NCBI RefSeq assembly: GCF_006345805.1
Contig: NW_021832583.1
Location: 1-61,272, forward strand
Direction: 5' to 3'
From: Octopus sinensis
Taxonomy: Eukaryota
DNA length: 61,272 bases
Below the pieces are notes generated by a model, which worked only from the letters and a program-made list of their open reading frames with translations, did no database searches and was not told where the DNA came from. The position numbers and the translations under genes are program-made. Shown in pieces: positions 12,126-24,935 of the stretch. Position 1 is the stretch's first letter. The number at the start of each line of letters is the position of its first letter.

Positions 12126-12316
12126 GTATGTATGTATGTATGTATATATATATATACGACGTGCTTCTTTCAGTTTCCGTCTACCAAATCCACTCACAAG
12201 GCTTTGGTCGGCCCGAGGCTATAGTAGAAGACACTTGCCAAAGGTGCCGCGCAGTGGGACTGACTGAACCCGGAACCATGTGGTTCGTAAGCAAGCTACT
12301 TGCCACACAGCCACTC
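11782..12316 (-). mobile_element. SINE family B
   Basis: Near full-length match to 8823-9227. Confidence 0.92.
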
Positions 12317-13299
12317 AATAATAAAGGAGTGGAATTGAACCAGTGCGTGTGTTATTAATATTGGCGTAATGACTCTCCAAAGACACAACAAAATTTGCTT
12401 CAACACACGAATTCACATTAGGAATCTTGCGAACTAAATACACAAACGAAGTCAGATTCGGACATAATGGTAAAACGCAATGATCAATTTTATGAAGAAG
12501 CTGTACGTGACAGGATAAGTTCTTCGAAATTTTTGATATCAGCGAGGAAAAATTGACCCAATTTCATCCAATAAACGTGAAACAATTATTTGTTCGCAAG
12601 CCTGTGTATTGAAACGGGGTGTGAAACTCTACACGTTCCATTGGACTCTAAAATATATGAGTGATAATTTCTCACATCGAGATCCCTGGGGGTAATAATC
12701 AAAGGTGACAAAACCCCCAACGTGATTTGTAGTTCAAACACCGAAAAAAGCTAGGGTGTGTGTAAACATTGATTTTTAATATAACCACATAGTTACACAT
12801 TTTTGAGTGTGCGTGCGTGTTTATTTGGGGAGCGGGGTAAAGAGCCGTAGCCGTAGTCGATTATATCGGGCCATATACGTGACATATTTTATTTTATCGA
12901 TCGCAAAAGAATGAAAGGCAAAAAATTGACCTCGACCGGAAGTATTCGTTATGACATTTCTGTTAACAGGATCGCATTAAATCATAAAATCATAAAAAGC
13001 CACACCATAATTGACAAGAAATGCTTTTAAAATTTGCCAATTAACCTCAGCTAAAAATCTCGTCTGCAGCGAGGCTAAAATGGACTTTTAACTCCCTACC
13101 ATTACCCTTCATTTTCTCCCCGCGCTTTTCCCCTCCATCTCCCCTCTTTCTCTCAACTCTCTACTCTCTCTCTTCTCTCTCTCTCCCTCTCTCTCTCATC
13201 ATTTCCTCTGTCGTTCTTTCCTTGTCTAACTTTATGTATTTCTCTTTCTCTTCCTTTCTTTCTTTCTACTTGTCTCTCTCTTCGCTTCGTTCAGATTCG

Positions 13300-13420
13300 C
13301 CCCCTCTTTGATTTTATGTACCTCTCCATCTCTCCCACAATCTTTCCTTCTTTCTTGCTTTCTTTCCTCCTCTCTCTCTGTTGTATCTTTTCTATATCCT
13401 ATTTACTTCTATAGACTGTG

Positions 13421-13483
<63 letters not shown>

Positions 13484-13623
13484 TCTTGCCTCTCTCTCTC
13501 TCTGTCCGATCCTACGTCCCTCTCTTTCTTTCTTTCTTTCTTTCTTTCTTGCTTTCTTTCTTTCTTCTTCCCCTCTCTCTCTTTGTTGTATATCTTTCTA
13601 TATCCTATTACTTCTATGGACTG

Positions 13624-13670
<47 letters not shown>

Positions 13671-13975
13671 TATATGAAAAAACAAGTAAAAAATAGAAAA
13701 TGCTAAAATAATTTTATAGTGAACATTTCAGTACCGGTTTCGGTCATTTTGAGACCTTTTCAACTGTAACGATTAAATAATTAAATTTAGAAAAATTAGA
13801 AGAAAAGTTTTCTTAAAAGAATATTTCTATAGTAGTGTTCAGATTTATATATATATATGTTTCCCTCCCTCTCTCTCTCTCTCATCTCTCTCTCTGTTCG
13901 ACCCTACGTCCCTCTCTCCTCCCTTTCTTTCTCTCTTGTTGTATATCTTTCTATATCCTATTTACGTCTATGTAC

Positions 13976-14045
<70 letters not shown>

Positions 14046-14160
14046 TGTTTCTCTCCCCTCTCTCTCTCATCTCCTTCCCTCTCTACCTGATTCTACGTAT
14101 CTCTCCCCCCTCTCTCTCTGTCCGATCCTACGTCCCCCCTCTCTCTCTCTTTCTTTCTTT
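13300..14160. repeat. Locally triplicated compound microsatellite cassette
   Basis: TGTTGTATATCTTTCTATATCCTATT at about 13380, 13585 and 13938; GTCCGATCCTACGTCCC at about 13503, 13896 and 14120. Confidence 0.8.
13724..13771 (-). ncRNA. Minimal type-I hammerhead ribozyme motif (U3-A8 core variant, palindromic stem III)
   Basis: Minus strand reads CGTTACAG TTGAAAA GGTC TCAAAAT GACC GAAA CCGG TA CTGAAATG: stem I 3+4 bp, 4-bp stem II, ACCGGT palindrome, GUA cleavage triplet; activity untested. Confidence 0.65.
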
Positions 14161-14699
14161 CCTACCCTGCATGACTCAGCCACCATTTAATCGATCGTAG
14201 CCCAGAACAAATCATTAAATGACATCGCTTGTCTAAGCATCGGCGGTAGCACAAAGATTTATGACGCCAGTGGGCGGAGTTCAAACCCAACCGGCTTCTA
14301 CACGACGTCTTATTTTACTCCATAATCTTAACAGAATTGAAAGAAAAACCAATAGAGACGATGGTGATAGAACGAACATTCTGGCATCATAATTATCACT
14401 TAACTAACTTCTTCATCTTTACTACTTGCTACCCCGTCCCACATCGCGTACGGTCATACATACTCCTCCCCACACACACACCTTGCTCCGTATATTGTCA
14501 CACAATGAACATGTCAATCAAAGCCGTCACCCAATCATTAAAATAATTAATGACAAGGAAATTTAAAGCAGAACAATCAGGAAACGACCAATCGATATTC
14601 TTCACCGAAATCCATTTTACTTCGTTTAAATCTGGTAATAACACCAGCCGAGAGAGGCATGAATGACACAATTTCACATTGTTTATAATTCTGAGGCCG

Positions 14700-15127
14700 T
14701 GGCGTGTATTACATTCTAATTTTGGTACAAGGCCATAAAATTGGGGGCGGGAGAAGTGGATAAGTTGTTTACATCGATCCCATTACTTATTTAATCGATC
14801 TCCAAAGGACGAACGGCTAAGTCGACCACAGTGGTATTTTGACTTCAGAACGTAAGACCGGAAGAAATACCAGTAGTCGTTTTGTCCGGCGTGCAAACGA
14901 TACTGCTAGCTCAGCGCCTTAAAGTTACTTTAAATATTGGTTTCAGATTTTGATACAAAGCCAGCAAGCTCTGGGGTAGGGGTTATAAGTCGATTACATC
15001 GACCCCCATTTCTCAAATGATACTTATTTTACCGACCCCTGAAAGGCTGAAAGGCAAAGTCGACCTCGGCGGATTTTGAACTCAGAACGAAATGCCGCAA
15101 AGCATTTTACCTGGCGTGCTAACGATT
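14700..15127 (-). mobile_element. Two older SINE A' copies (about 14700-14920 and 14935-15127)
   Basis: Reverse complement of A' head, Deu-like motif and tail. Confidence 0.75.
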
Positions 15128-15129
15128 CT

Positions 15130-15544
15130 TATTTCTTTACTACCCACAAGGAGCTAAACATAGAGGGGACAAACAAGGACAGACAAACGGATTAAGTCGA
15201 TTATATCGACCCCAGTGCGTAACTGGTACTTATTTAATCGACCCCGAAAGGATGAAAGGCAAAGTCGACCTCGGCAGAATTTGAACTCACAACGTAACGG
15301 CAGACGAAATACCTATTTCTTTACTACCCACAAGGGGCTAAACACAGAGACGACAAACAAGGACAAACAAACGGATTAAGTCGATTATATCGATCCCAGT
15401 GCGTAACTGGCACTTATTTAATCGACCCCGAAAGGATGAAAGGCAAAGTCGACCTCGGCAGAATTTGAACTCAGAACGTAACGGCAGACGAAATACCACT
15501 AAGCATTTCCCCCGGCGTGCTAACGTTTCTGCCAGCTCGCCGCC
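15130..15544 (-). mobile_element. SINE family A dimer (184-bp period)
   Basis: CGAAATACC at 15305 and 15489. Confidence 0.92.
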
Positions 15545-17217
15545 TTTTATACCATCAAATACGCTGCTTCTAAAAGTGTAATTTCCTCATTTCTAAACAT
15601 TATGAAACTCCTCTAAGTACTTATATATATATATATATATATATGATTTCTTCTTATCGATTTTTCTTTAATCTTCATCAATCATTTCTGACACTCTGTT
15701 AATTAACCCAGTAAATTTAAACAAGAGCAGCTGAGTGGATAATTAGATAGCAGGATAATTAATATATTCTTGCATCAACTTGTTCTTCAAACAAAACTAA
15801 AGCTTACACAAGCAGGGAGTGATAGATAAATAGATAGATAGATAGATAGGTAGATAGATAGCTAGATAGAGAGAGAGAGGGGGGGAGAGAGAGAGAGAGG
15901 AGAGATCCGGCGGACGTGGTTTAATACATCTGCATTTGTCTATGTCGTTCAAGCACATGCCGCTGTCCACTTCGAGTTAGACAACTTAGTTTATTTTTGC
16001 TTAAATTACACAAATTACCTAGACAATATATTTGTTCCCTTTTTTTTTTTGTATTAGTCGATGTCCCTTGACAAAGGGAGACAAGGCTAGACAATTGTCG
16101 TTCTGATGACGGTTTTTGAGGCAGAAACGATACTACCCTCTTATCTCCAGACAATGAGTCTGTACTTGTCCTTAATGGTATGTTAGTCTTGGAGGATTCT
16201 TGAATCTTGAGATTATTTCCCTTTTTCATGTGGAGCTGGTCTTAATTGATTTTTGATAAGCTTCTAGCGGCGGAGGTAATTTTAGTAAATGAAGAATTTA
16301 TGTTGTATGGTAATTAATACACCTGTATTTGTCAATATCATAAAATTACCAACCCCGTTCATACATACATATCTATAATACATTAAAAGTCAGTTTGAAT
16401 CTTGCTTGCAATGTTACTCAGTCAAATTGGCGCATAATGGGAAAATATTATGAAGTACCCTGAAATGTTAATACGAACGGAATGAAACAAGTTTTGCGTA
16501 AATCGGAGCAGTAGTTATTGCGATGTTCGGGGTTTGGTGGTATAAATACCCAAAACGGTGCATAATGGGAAAATGTTCCGAATATAACTTCATCCTGGAA
16601 AGGAAGAAACTCTTACCTTTCGATTAGTGATTTGACAACGAAAAGATACGATTTGTCTGTTTTCAGTAAATGTTTCTATTTTCGCTTCTCTTAAACACGA
16701 TATTTTGATCATTCAAAAAATATTTTAAAGTGAATATGATTTCAAAAATGTTAGTTCTTTGTACAGTAAGTATTTATATTTTAGCTTTCAATATTTTAAT
16801 GTTGTTTTAAAATTATTTTCAAGTGAATATCATTACAAATTTTTTTTGGCATATTTTAAAAATGTTTTGAAGTTAAAATAGCTTTAAAAATACGGTGAAT
16901 ATTTCGTAAAAGATTCGTTCGTAACCTGGGTGTGAAATACATTTTTCCGTGGTAGCAGGGCGTACAAGAAATAGCAGATAAATTTTTCCTTTTCTGGAGA
17001 AAGGAGCCGTTTACGTGTGATTTCTATGTGACATTCGTTGAAAGCATGCGAAATAACTTGGAAAAGTAAAAACCCAAGAAACAAAACTCACGGGCAGTTT
17101 AGCATATATATATTATATATATATATTACTCTGTTACTCGTTTCAGCCATGCGGCTGCGGTCATGCTGGAGCACCACCGCATGTGTGTGTGTGTGTATAT
17201 ATACATATACATACATA

Positions 17218-17490
17218 TAGTATACCTCACTTTATGAGGACCCGCTTTACGAGACGCTGGGTTTACGAGTTTTATTTTATAATAAATATAAATGGTTAAA
17301 TAACTATTTAGTGCGCGTGGCAACGTCGCAACATGTGGCTGCACTGGTTCGGGCGCGTCTCCACAGCGACGGAGTAAAATGACAGCATAAAATTTCATTG
17401 CTACTATGGGAAATTATTGCTCTGCTTTACGAGGTTTCGCTTTACGAGCGGTCTCCGGGAACCAAATGAATTCGTATAACATGACTGGGA
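17218..17490. mobile_element. pogo/Tigger-like MITE, decayed
   Basis: Left end AGTATACCTCACTTTATGAGG; subterminal CTTTACGAG motif repeated several times; right TIR poorly preserved. Confidence 0.45.
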
Positions 17491-17655
17491 ATGGATGGCA
17501 AGATTAGCAGAACGCAGAACAAATTTGCTTTGGGGGCCCGTATTCAGTTTACGTGATTTTACGTTCTGAGTTCATATTCCGCGAGAAATCAACTTTACCT
17601 TCTTGTCTTCAGGGCTCGATAAAGTAAGGGGATCCATTAGACCAAAGTGCCACAT
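17490..17655 (+). mobile_element. Older SINE A' copy
   Basis: TTACGTTCTGAGTTCATATTCC...CTCGATAAAGTAAG. Confidence 0.6.
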
Positions 17656-17659
17656 AATG

Positions 17660-18220
17660 TGCATTCTTCTTCTTCCTCCTCCCCATCTCCTCCTCTTTTC
17701 TCATCCCCCCCTTTCTCCTCATCCTCCCCTTTCTCCTCCTCTTCCCTTTCTCCTTCGTCTTCCTCCTCCTTTCTCTCGTTCCTCTTCCTCTCCTTTCTCT
17801 CCTCTTTTCTGTCCTTCTTCCTCCTCCTCCTCCTCGTCCCATTTCTCTTCTTCCTCCCCTTTTCCCTCCTTTCTCTCCTTCGTCTTCCTCCTCCTCCCTT
17901 TCTCCTTTCTCTCCTTCCTCTTCCTCCTCCTTCCTCTCGTTCCTCTTCCCCTCCTTTCTCCTCTTTTCTCTCCTTCTTCCTCCTCCTCCCCTTTCTCTTC
18001 TTCCTCCCCTTTTTCCTCCTCCTCCTTTTCTCCTTTCTCTCCCTCCTCCTCCCTTTTCTCTCCTTTCTTTCCCCCTTCTCCTCCCCCCTCCATTCTTCCT
18101 CCCTCATCCCTTCTTCTTCTTCTTCTTTTCTTCTTCTTCTTCTCTCTCTCACTCACTCTCATTCTCTTCCATTCTATCTGCTTTATTTCTCCTCTATTTC
18201 CCCCTTTCCCTCTCCTCTAG
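17660..18220. repeat. Polypyrimidine (CCT/CTT)n tract
   Basis: Almost no purines on + over about 540 bp. Confidence 0.95.
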
Positions 18221-18409
18221 TTAGTTACTTAATTTTTTTCTCATTTCACTCATTAACTTTCTACTCTCCCTCCTTCCCTTCCGTTCCTTGTTTTTCTTCC
18301 TCTTCTCCTCCCACCCGTCTAATTATCTCCCCCTTTCTCTCTCCCTCTCCACATATTTTAACTACTAATTCATATCAACAAATTTTCTTAACGCACTTCT
18401 CCCTCCCTC

Positions 18410-19760
<1,351 letters not shown>

Positions 19761-19871
19761 TCCTCTACTTGACCTCAAGCTACCCTCCTTCACAGTCATT
19801 TCTTACTCATCCTCCATGAGGCAGAAACGTAATTTCTCTCCTACATCAACAAGAAACCACCTGTCCTCTTT

Positions 19872-19978
19872 ACCCAACCAACCAACCAACAAAACAGCCA
19901 AGCGACCGACCGACCGACCGACCGACCGACCGACCGACCGACCGACCGACCGACCGACCATCCGACCATCCGACCGAC
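19872..19978. repeat. (CCAA)n followed by (CCGA)n
   Basis: Direct reading. Confidence 0.92.
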
Positions 19979-20294
19979 AAGCAAATAAAGAAGTAAGCAA
20001 GGCAACAAGCAAGATCACTTAGAAAGTGTACAAGACAACACAAGACAAGCTGGGCTCGTTGTTGACGTGTGGGATGCAAACATGTTTGCACATGTGTAAT
20101 GCTAGTCACATTTCACAAAATCTCACTAAGCCCATAAAGCAATTAAAATAGACGTTTTTTTTTTTTGGTAGGTGTTGTTTTAAAGGAGTGAGATATAGGG
20201 AATAAAACAGAGAGAGAGAGAGAGAAGGGGGAGAAAGAGGAGACAAACAAACACTATGCAATGTATTCTAGAAGAAAATGAGCGTGGATTCAAA

Positions 20295-20350
20295 TCAAAA
20301 TGCAGGAGATAAGTGGTCGATGCTCAGTTTCGGGCCAAACCTGGCCGTAT
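20295..20350 (-). other. Candidate terminal coding exon (xTARFGPKLSIDHLSPAF*)
   Basis: Acceptor TTTTATCTCATTTCAG at 20351; unique sequence; no recognised homology. Confidence 0.2.
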
Positions 20351-20502
20351 CTGAAATGAGATAAAACCACATAATCAATATGTCTGATATCCTAACAATC
20401 CTGCCATCGTAATAACGAAGGGACCTTTAGGTGGTCAATAGACATGCTGTCACATCTCCCACAAATCACACCTGAGCATCTTACACGGAAGCACAAGTTA
20501 AA

Positions 20503-20846
20503 GGATACATTAAATAACGTGGACATAGATAAACTGTGTCTGATTGATAAGTGTTTAGTTTGTAATATGGTCTGGGGCAGCAAAGGGCGCAATCCGCCCC
20601 GAGCGACGCTTTTATGGGGACAACACTTATAGGACAGTTGTATAAATCTGTATAGATTTTGAGGCTCCAGAGAAGGATATATTAAATAACATAGACATAG
20701 ATAAACTGTCTGATTGATAAGTGTTTAGTCTGTAATATGGTCTGGGGTAGCAAAGGGCGCAATCGGCCCCGAGCGACGCTTTTATGGGGACAATACTTAT
20801 AGGACAGTTGTATAAATCTGTATAGGTTTAGAGGCCCCAGAGAGGG
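20503..20846. repeat. Tandem duplication, two copies of 172 bp
   Basis: TAAATAAC at 20511 and 20683; near-identical units with a GC-rich core AGGGCGCAATC.GCCCCGAGCGACG. Confidence 0.9.
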
Positions 20847-21511
20847 AGAGGATGGCAAAAGCAGGGTCTGCCTCGGTTAGCACACACACTCACACATTAG
20901 CTATGCCACTATGCATAATACACACGAAAGGAAAGAACGTTGAAGACGCATGTTGGTGTTTAAATATTTATATTAATAGTTTGACTTAAGTATGCGTTGC
21001 TTAAAGTTTCAGACATGAGAAACTCCCCTTTGTTCGGATACCAGCCTCCCGCGAGAGAAACGTTTTACTTGCTAATATCGCAGACGCTTAGAAGATAAAC
21101 ACGAACTGGGTTTGTGGAAGGAAAGTATGAGGCGGAATAATTGCGCTCGAGTGGCATTAGTCCGAGAAGTGAAAATCGTAAGAGTAAGTCCCACCATTCG
21201 GCTGTGAATATATTTTGTTTAATATGAAGACAAATGTTGTGTGTAAATGTCAAGATTATTTATAGTATGTGCTACGCCCTTTATACAGATCATGTGAATG
21301 CACTACACTACTGTTCCTCGCCACATCTCACATCGAGCTTCAACAGATGAAAATAAATAAATGAATAAATAAATAATATATCATGGAATAGACGAATGAC
21401 TGAATAAACGAGTATATATTATGTGCAACTGACTGCACCAAGTGTTTCCAAAGCACGCAAGTCAGCCACTCACACACACGTGTATGTGTGTTGTATCTAT
21501 CTATCTATCTA

Positions 21512-21548
<37 letters not shown>

Positions 21549-21586
21549 GTGTGTTTGTGTGTATGCAAATATATATATATTATATA

Positions 21587-21629
<43 letters not shown>

Positions 21630-22100
21630 ATCTATATATATATATATATATATATAAATCAAAAGCAATGCAACAGCTCTGACGCTATGACTAATAAAAA
21701 TGCGTTACACTGCACGCTGCATTTCTATGCATGCATCTGCATACAAACATTAAACAAAAAACATTAAAAAAACAAAAAAAATACAAATATATAAATGTTT
21801 TCTTTAATTCATTTTTTAAAGTAATCTTCAAAAAAATGTTTCATTTTTTTTTTTCAGGTTTTTTCACTTAAAGAAAATATAATTATTAACTTCTTTCATC
21901 TGACTGAAAAAGTCCTCACGTTTTTTTAATGGAAAGAATGGGAGGTTGTAACATTCATGCCCTCCCCAGGGGGGATTCATAGTGTAAGAGGAAAAAAATA
22001 TTTAGAGATCTGAAATGGAATTGCATTTATCAATGATGGAAGCCACCCCTTGGTGTCTTGGAACAAAGTTGGAAGCTTCTGGAAGATCATTCAATTTTCT

Positions 22101-22250
22101 AGCTGTGTGATAAGAGGATTGCTTCCCAACTACACGGTTCCTGGTTCAGTCCCACCGTATGGCACCTTGAGCAAGTGCCTTCTACTATAACCTTGGGCCA
22201 ACCAAAGCCTTGTGAGTGGATGTGGTAGACGGAAACTGAAAGTAGCCCGT

Positions 22251-22284
<34 letters not shown>

Positions 22285-22393
22285 TATATGAAAGAATGGA
22301 GTTGAACGACTTTCTTTCTGATGTGAATTTGCTACCCAGGTATCGGTTATCTTTCGAATTATCCTTAATAAGATAATTCATTCAACTACTCAA

Positions 22394-22431
<38 letters not shown>

Positions 22432-22514
22432 GTGTGTTTGTATTTGTCCCCTCACATCACCATTTGACAACCGGTGTTGGTGTGTTTACGTCCTTATAAC
22501 TTAGCGGTTCGGCA
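22101..22514 (+). mobile_element. SINE family B, 3'-truncated, older
   Basis: Head, CORE-like motif and microsatellite present; tail absent. Confidence 0.85.
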
Positions 22515-22798
22515 GGTGTTTCTGAAAGATATCGATTGTGTTCAGATCTGGAGAGACTTGGGCTCGGTTTGGTTTAAAAATACTCAAAATATCTTATGTT
22601 CCTGCGATGCCCCTACGTCGTTTCCCTATAAATTTAGGTCCTAAGGAAAGAGGGAAAGTATAAGGTGTATTTTGTGCCTTTCACCTTCTTCTGACGCACT
22701 TCTGTACTTTTGAGTATTGTATGCTTATACGAGATGCCTGCTCAAAGACGAATATTGTATAGATTTCTTATGTAAGACATACAGATCGATATTTAAGT

Positions 22799-23387
22799 CA
22801 GCGAGCTGGCAGAAACGTTAGCACGCCGGGCGAAATGCTTTGCAGTATTTCGTCTGTCGCTACGTTCTGAGTTCAAATTCCGCCGAGGTCGACTTTGCCT
22901 TTCAAACTTTCGGGGTCGATTAAAGTTACGCACTGGGGTCGATATAATCGACTTAATCCCTTTGTCTGTCCTTGTTTGTCCTCTCTGTTTTTAGCCCCTT
23001 GTGGGTAGTAAAGAAATAGGTATTTCGTCGGCCGCTACGTTCTGAGTTCAAATTCCGCCGAGGTCGACTTTGCCTTTCATCCTTTGGGGGTCGATTAAAT
23101 AAGTACCAGTTACGCACTGGGGTCGATATAATCGACTTAATACGTTTGTCTGTCCTTGTTTGTCCTCTCTGTTTTTAGCCCCTTGTGGGTAGTAAAGAAA
23201 TAGGTATTTCGTCGGCCGCTACGTTCTGAGTTCAAATTCCGCCGAGGTCGACTTTGCCTTTCATCCTTTCGGGGTCGATTAAATAAGTACCAGTTACGCA
23301 CTGGGGTCGATATGATCGACTTAATCCGTTTGTCTGTCCTTGTTTGTCCCCTCTATGTTTAGCTCCTTGTGGGCAATAAAGAAATAA
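22799..23387 (+). mobile_element. SINE family A trimer
   Basis: GTATTTCG at 22845, 23020 and 23204 (periods 175, where unit 1 has a short deletion, and 184). Confidence 0.93.
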
Positions 23388-23580
23388 GGATATTTTAGAG
23401 GATTAATAAAGATCGTTGATTAGTTAGCATTAGTCGTGTTCATGCGACATCTTGTAACAAGCAAATCATTTCTGCAAATGCTTCCACAGCTCAGCGTAAC
23501 AAGCGAGCTTATTGGTCAGTCACTTGTATTATAATACAATGAGTAGGTTGAGTCCCCGCCGAAACTGACCGAAATCCAGT

Positions 23581-23896
23581 TTATTTTATTTTATTTTATT
23601 TTATTTTATTTTTTCACTTGTTTCAGTCATGAGACTGCGGCTATGCAGGGACTGCGGCCTTGAGGAATTTTTAGTCGAATGTATCTACCCCAGCACTTTT
23701 GTTTTATATATAAGCGTGGTACTTATTCTATCGGTGTCTTTTGCCGAACCACAAAGTTACGGGGACGTAAACACACAGCACCGGTTGTCATGCTGTGGTG
23801 GGAGAACAAACACAGACACAAAAACACACATATAGATACAGATACATACATATATATATAAATACATACATATATATACATACATACATACATATA

Positions 23897-23967
<71 letters not shown>

Positions 23968-24116
23968 ATATACGACGGACTTCTTTCAGTTTCCGACTAT
24001 CCACTCACAATGCTTTGGTCGGCCCGAGGCTATAGTAGAAAACACTTGCCCGAGGTGCAACGCGGCGGGACTGAACCCGGGACCATGCGATTCGGAAGCA
24101 AGCTCACAGCCACGCC
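23581..24116 (-). mobile_element. SINE family B with (AATAA)n tail
   Basis: Homologous to other B copies. Confidence 0.88.
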
Positions 24117-24216
24117 TATAACTTTTGTCGATGCGTATCGTCAAAGGACATAAAAAGAAGCAGGAAATCCCAAGTCCTTCGCTGGGTTTTACGAATACTT
24201 CCTGGTCGCTCTCACC

Positions 24217-24348
24217 CAATAGCGTAGCTAGGTGGAGGCGATGGGGCACTGCGCCCCAGCGCCGGTTTTATGCGGGTGGCACTTTTGTGCGTGCGGGGTG
24301 GAAAACTGAAGGGTTTGCTTGAGTGACATACACTAAGCTACACCACTG
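24217..24348. mobile_element. Small hAT-like MITE
   Basis: CAATAGCGTAGCTAG ... CTAAGCTACACCACTG are degenerate CAGTGGCGTAGCTA TIRs; no clear TSD. Confidence 0.45.
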
Positions 24349-24389
24349 TTCCCCCACATTCAGACAATTCACCAACGGTTAAATATCTA

Positions 24390-24935
24390 TCATCAACGAC
24401 GGCACTTATTGTTCACCAGTTGAGATATAAAATAAATTATTTTTTAAAACTTGAAAACAAAAATCAATATATTATTGAAAATATTATATTTCATTTTAAA
24501 AAAAAAGTGTGCCCCTCCACCAACTATTCATAAAAGGGGTCCACATCTGTGGTGATGCAATCTTACCTCCAGTAAAATCAATAAATTAAGCATTATAAAT
24601 CTCTATAACCACTGACGACGCTATTGTTCACCAGTTGAGATATAAAATAAACGTTTTAAAATTCAAAAAACAAACGTTTTAAAATTCAAAAACAAAAGTT
24701 ATACATTATTGACAATATTGTCATGTTTCATTAAACAGACACCTCCACTCTATCCTTAAAAGAGGTCTACATCTGTTTTGTTGCGATCTCACCGTTAGAG
24801 AATCAATAAACAATTGATTAGAAATCTCTATAACAAAAGGACGGCGCTATTGTTCACCAATTGTAATATAAAATAAATAACGTTTTAAAATTCAAAAACA
24901 AAAACAATAGGTTACTGACAACATTGTGATGTTTC
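24390..24935. repeat. Diverged tandem repeat, about 220-bp period, about 2.5 copies
   Basis: CTATTGTTCACCA(G/A)TTG..ATATAAAATAAA at about 24403, 24620 and 24847. Confidence 0.82.

Noticed and set aside
16103-16132. Hammerhead core CTGATGA...GAAAC
   Set aside because: Stem II does not close (C/A), the cleavage triplet lacks U and stem I does not form; at best a decayed relic.
15921-16330. Penelope RT/GIY-YIG coding remnant
   Set aside because: No GIY or YIG motif or RT motif could be read in any frame.
21085-21207. Exon on either strand (PNGGTYSYDFHFSD* minus; RLEDKHELGLW... plus)
   Set aside because: Plausible splice dinucleotides on both strands but weak pyrimidine tracts and no recognisable homology.
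22799-23387. SINE A multimers as a CRISPR-like array
   Set aside because: Whole 184-bp units repeat; there are no unique spacers.
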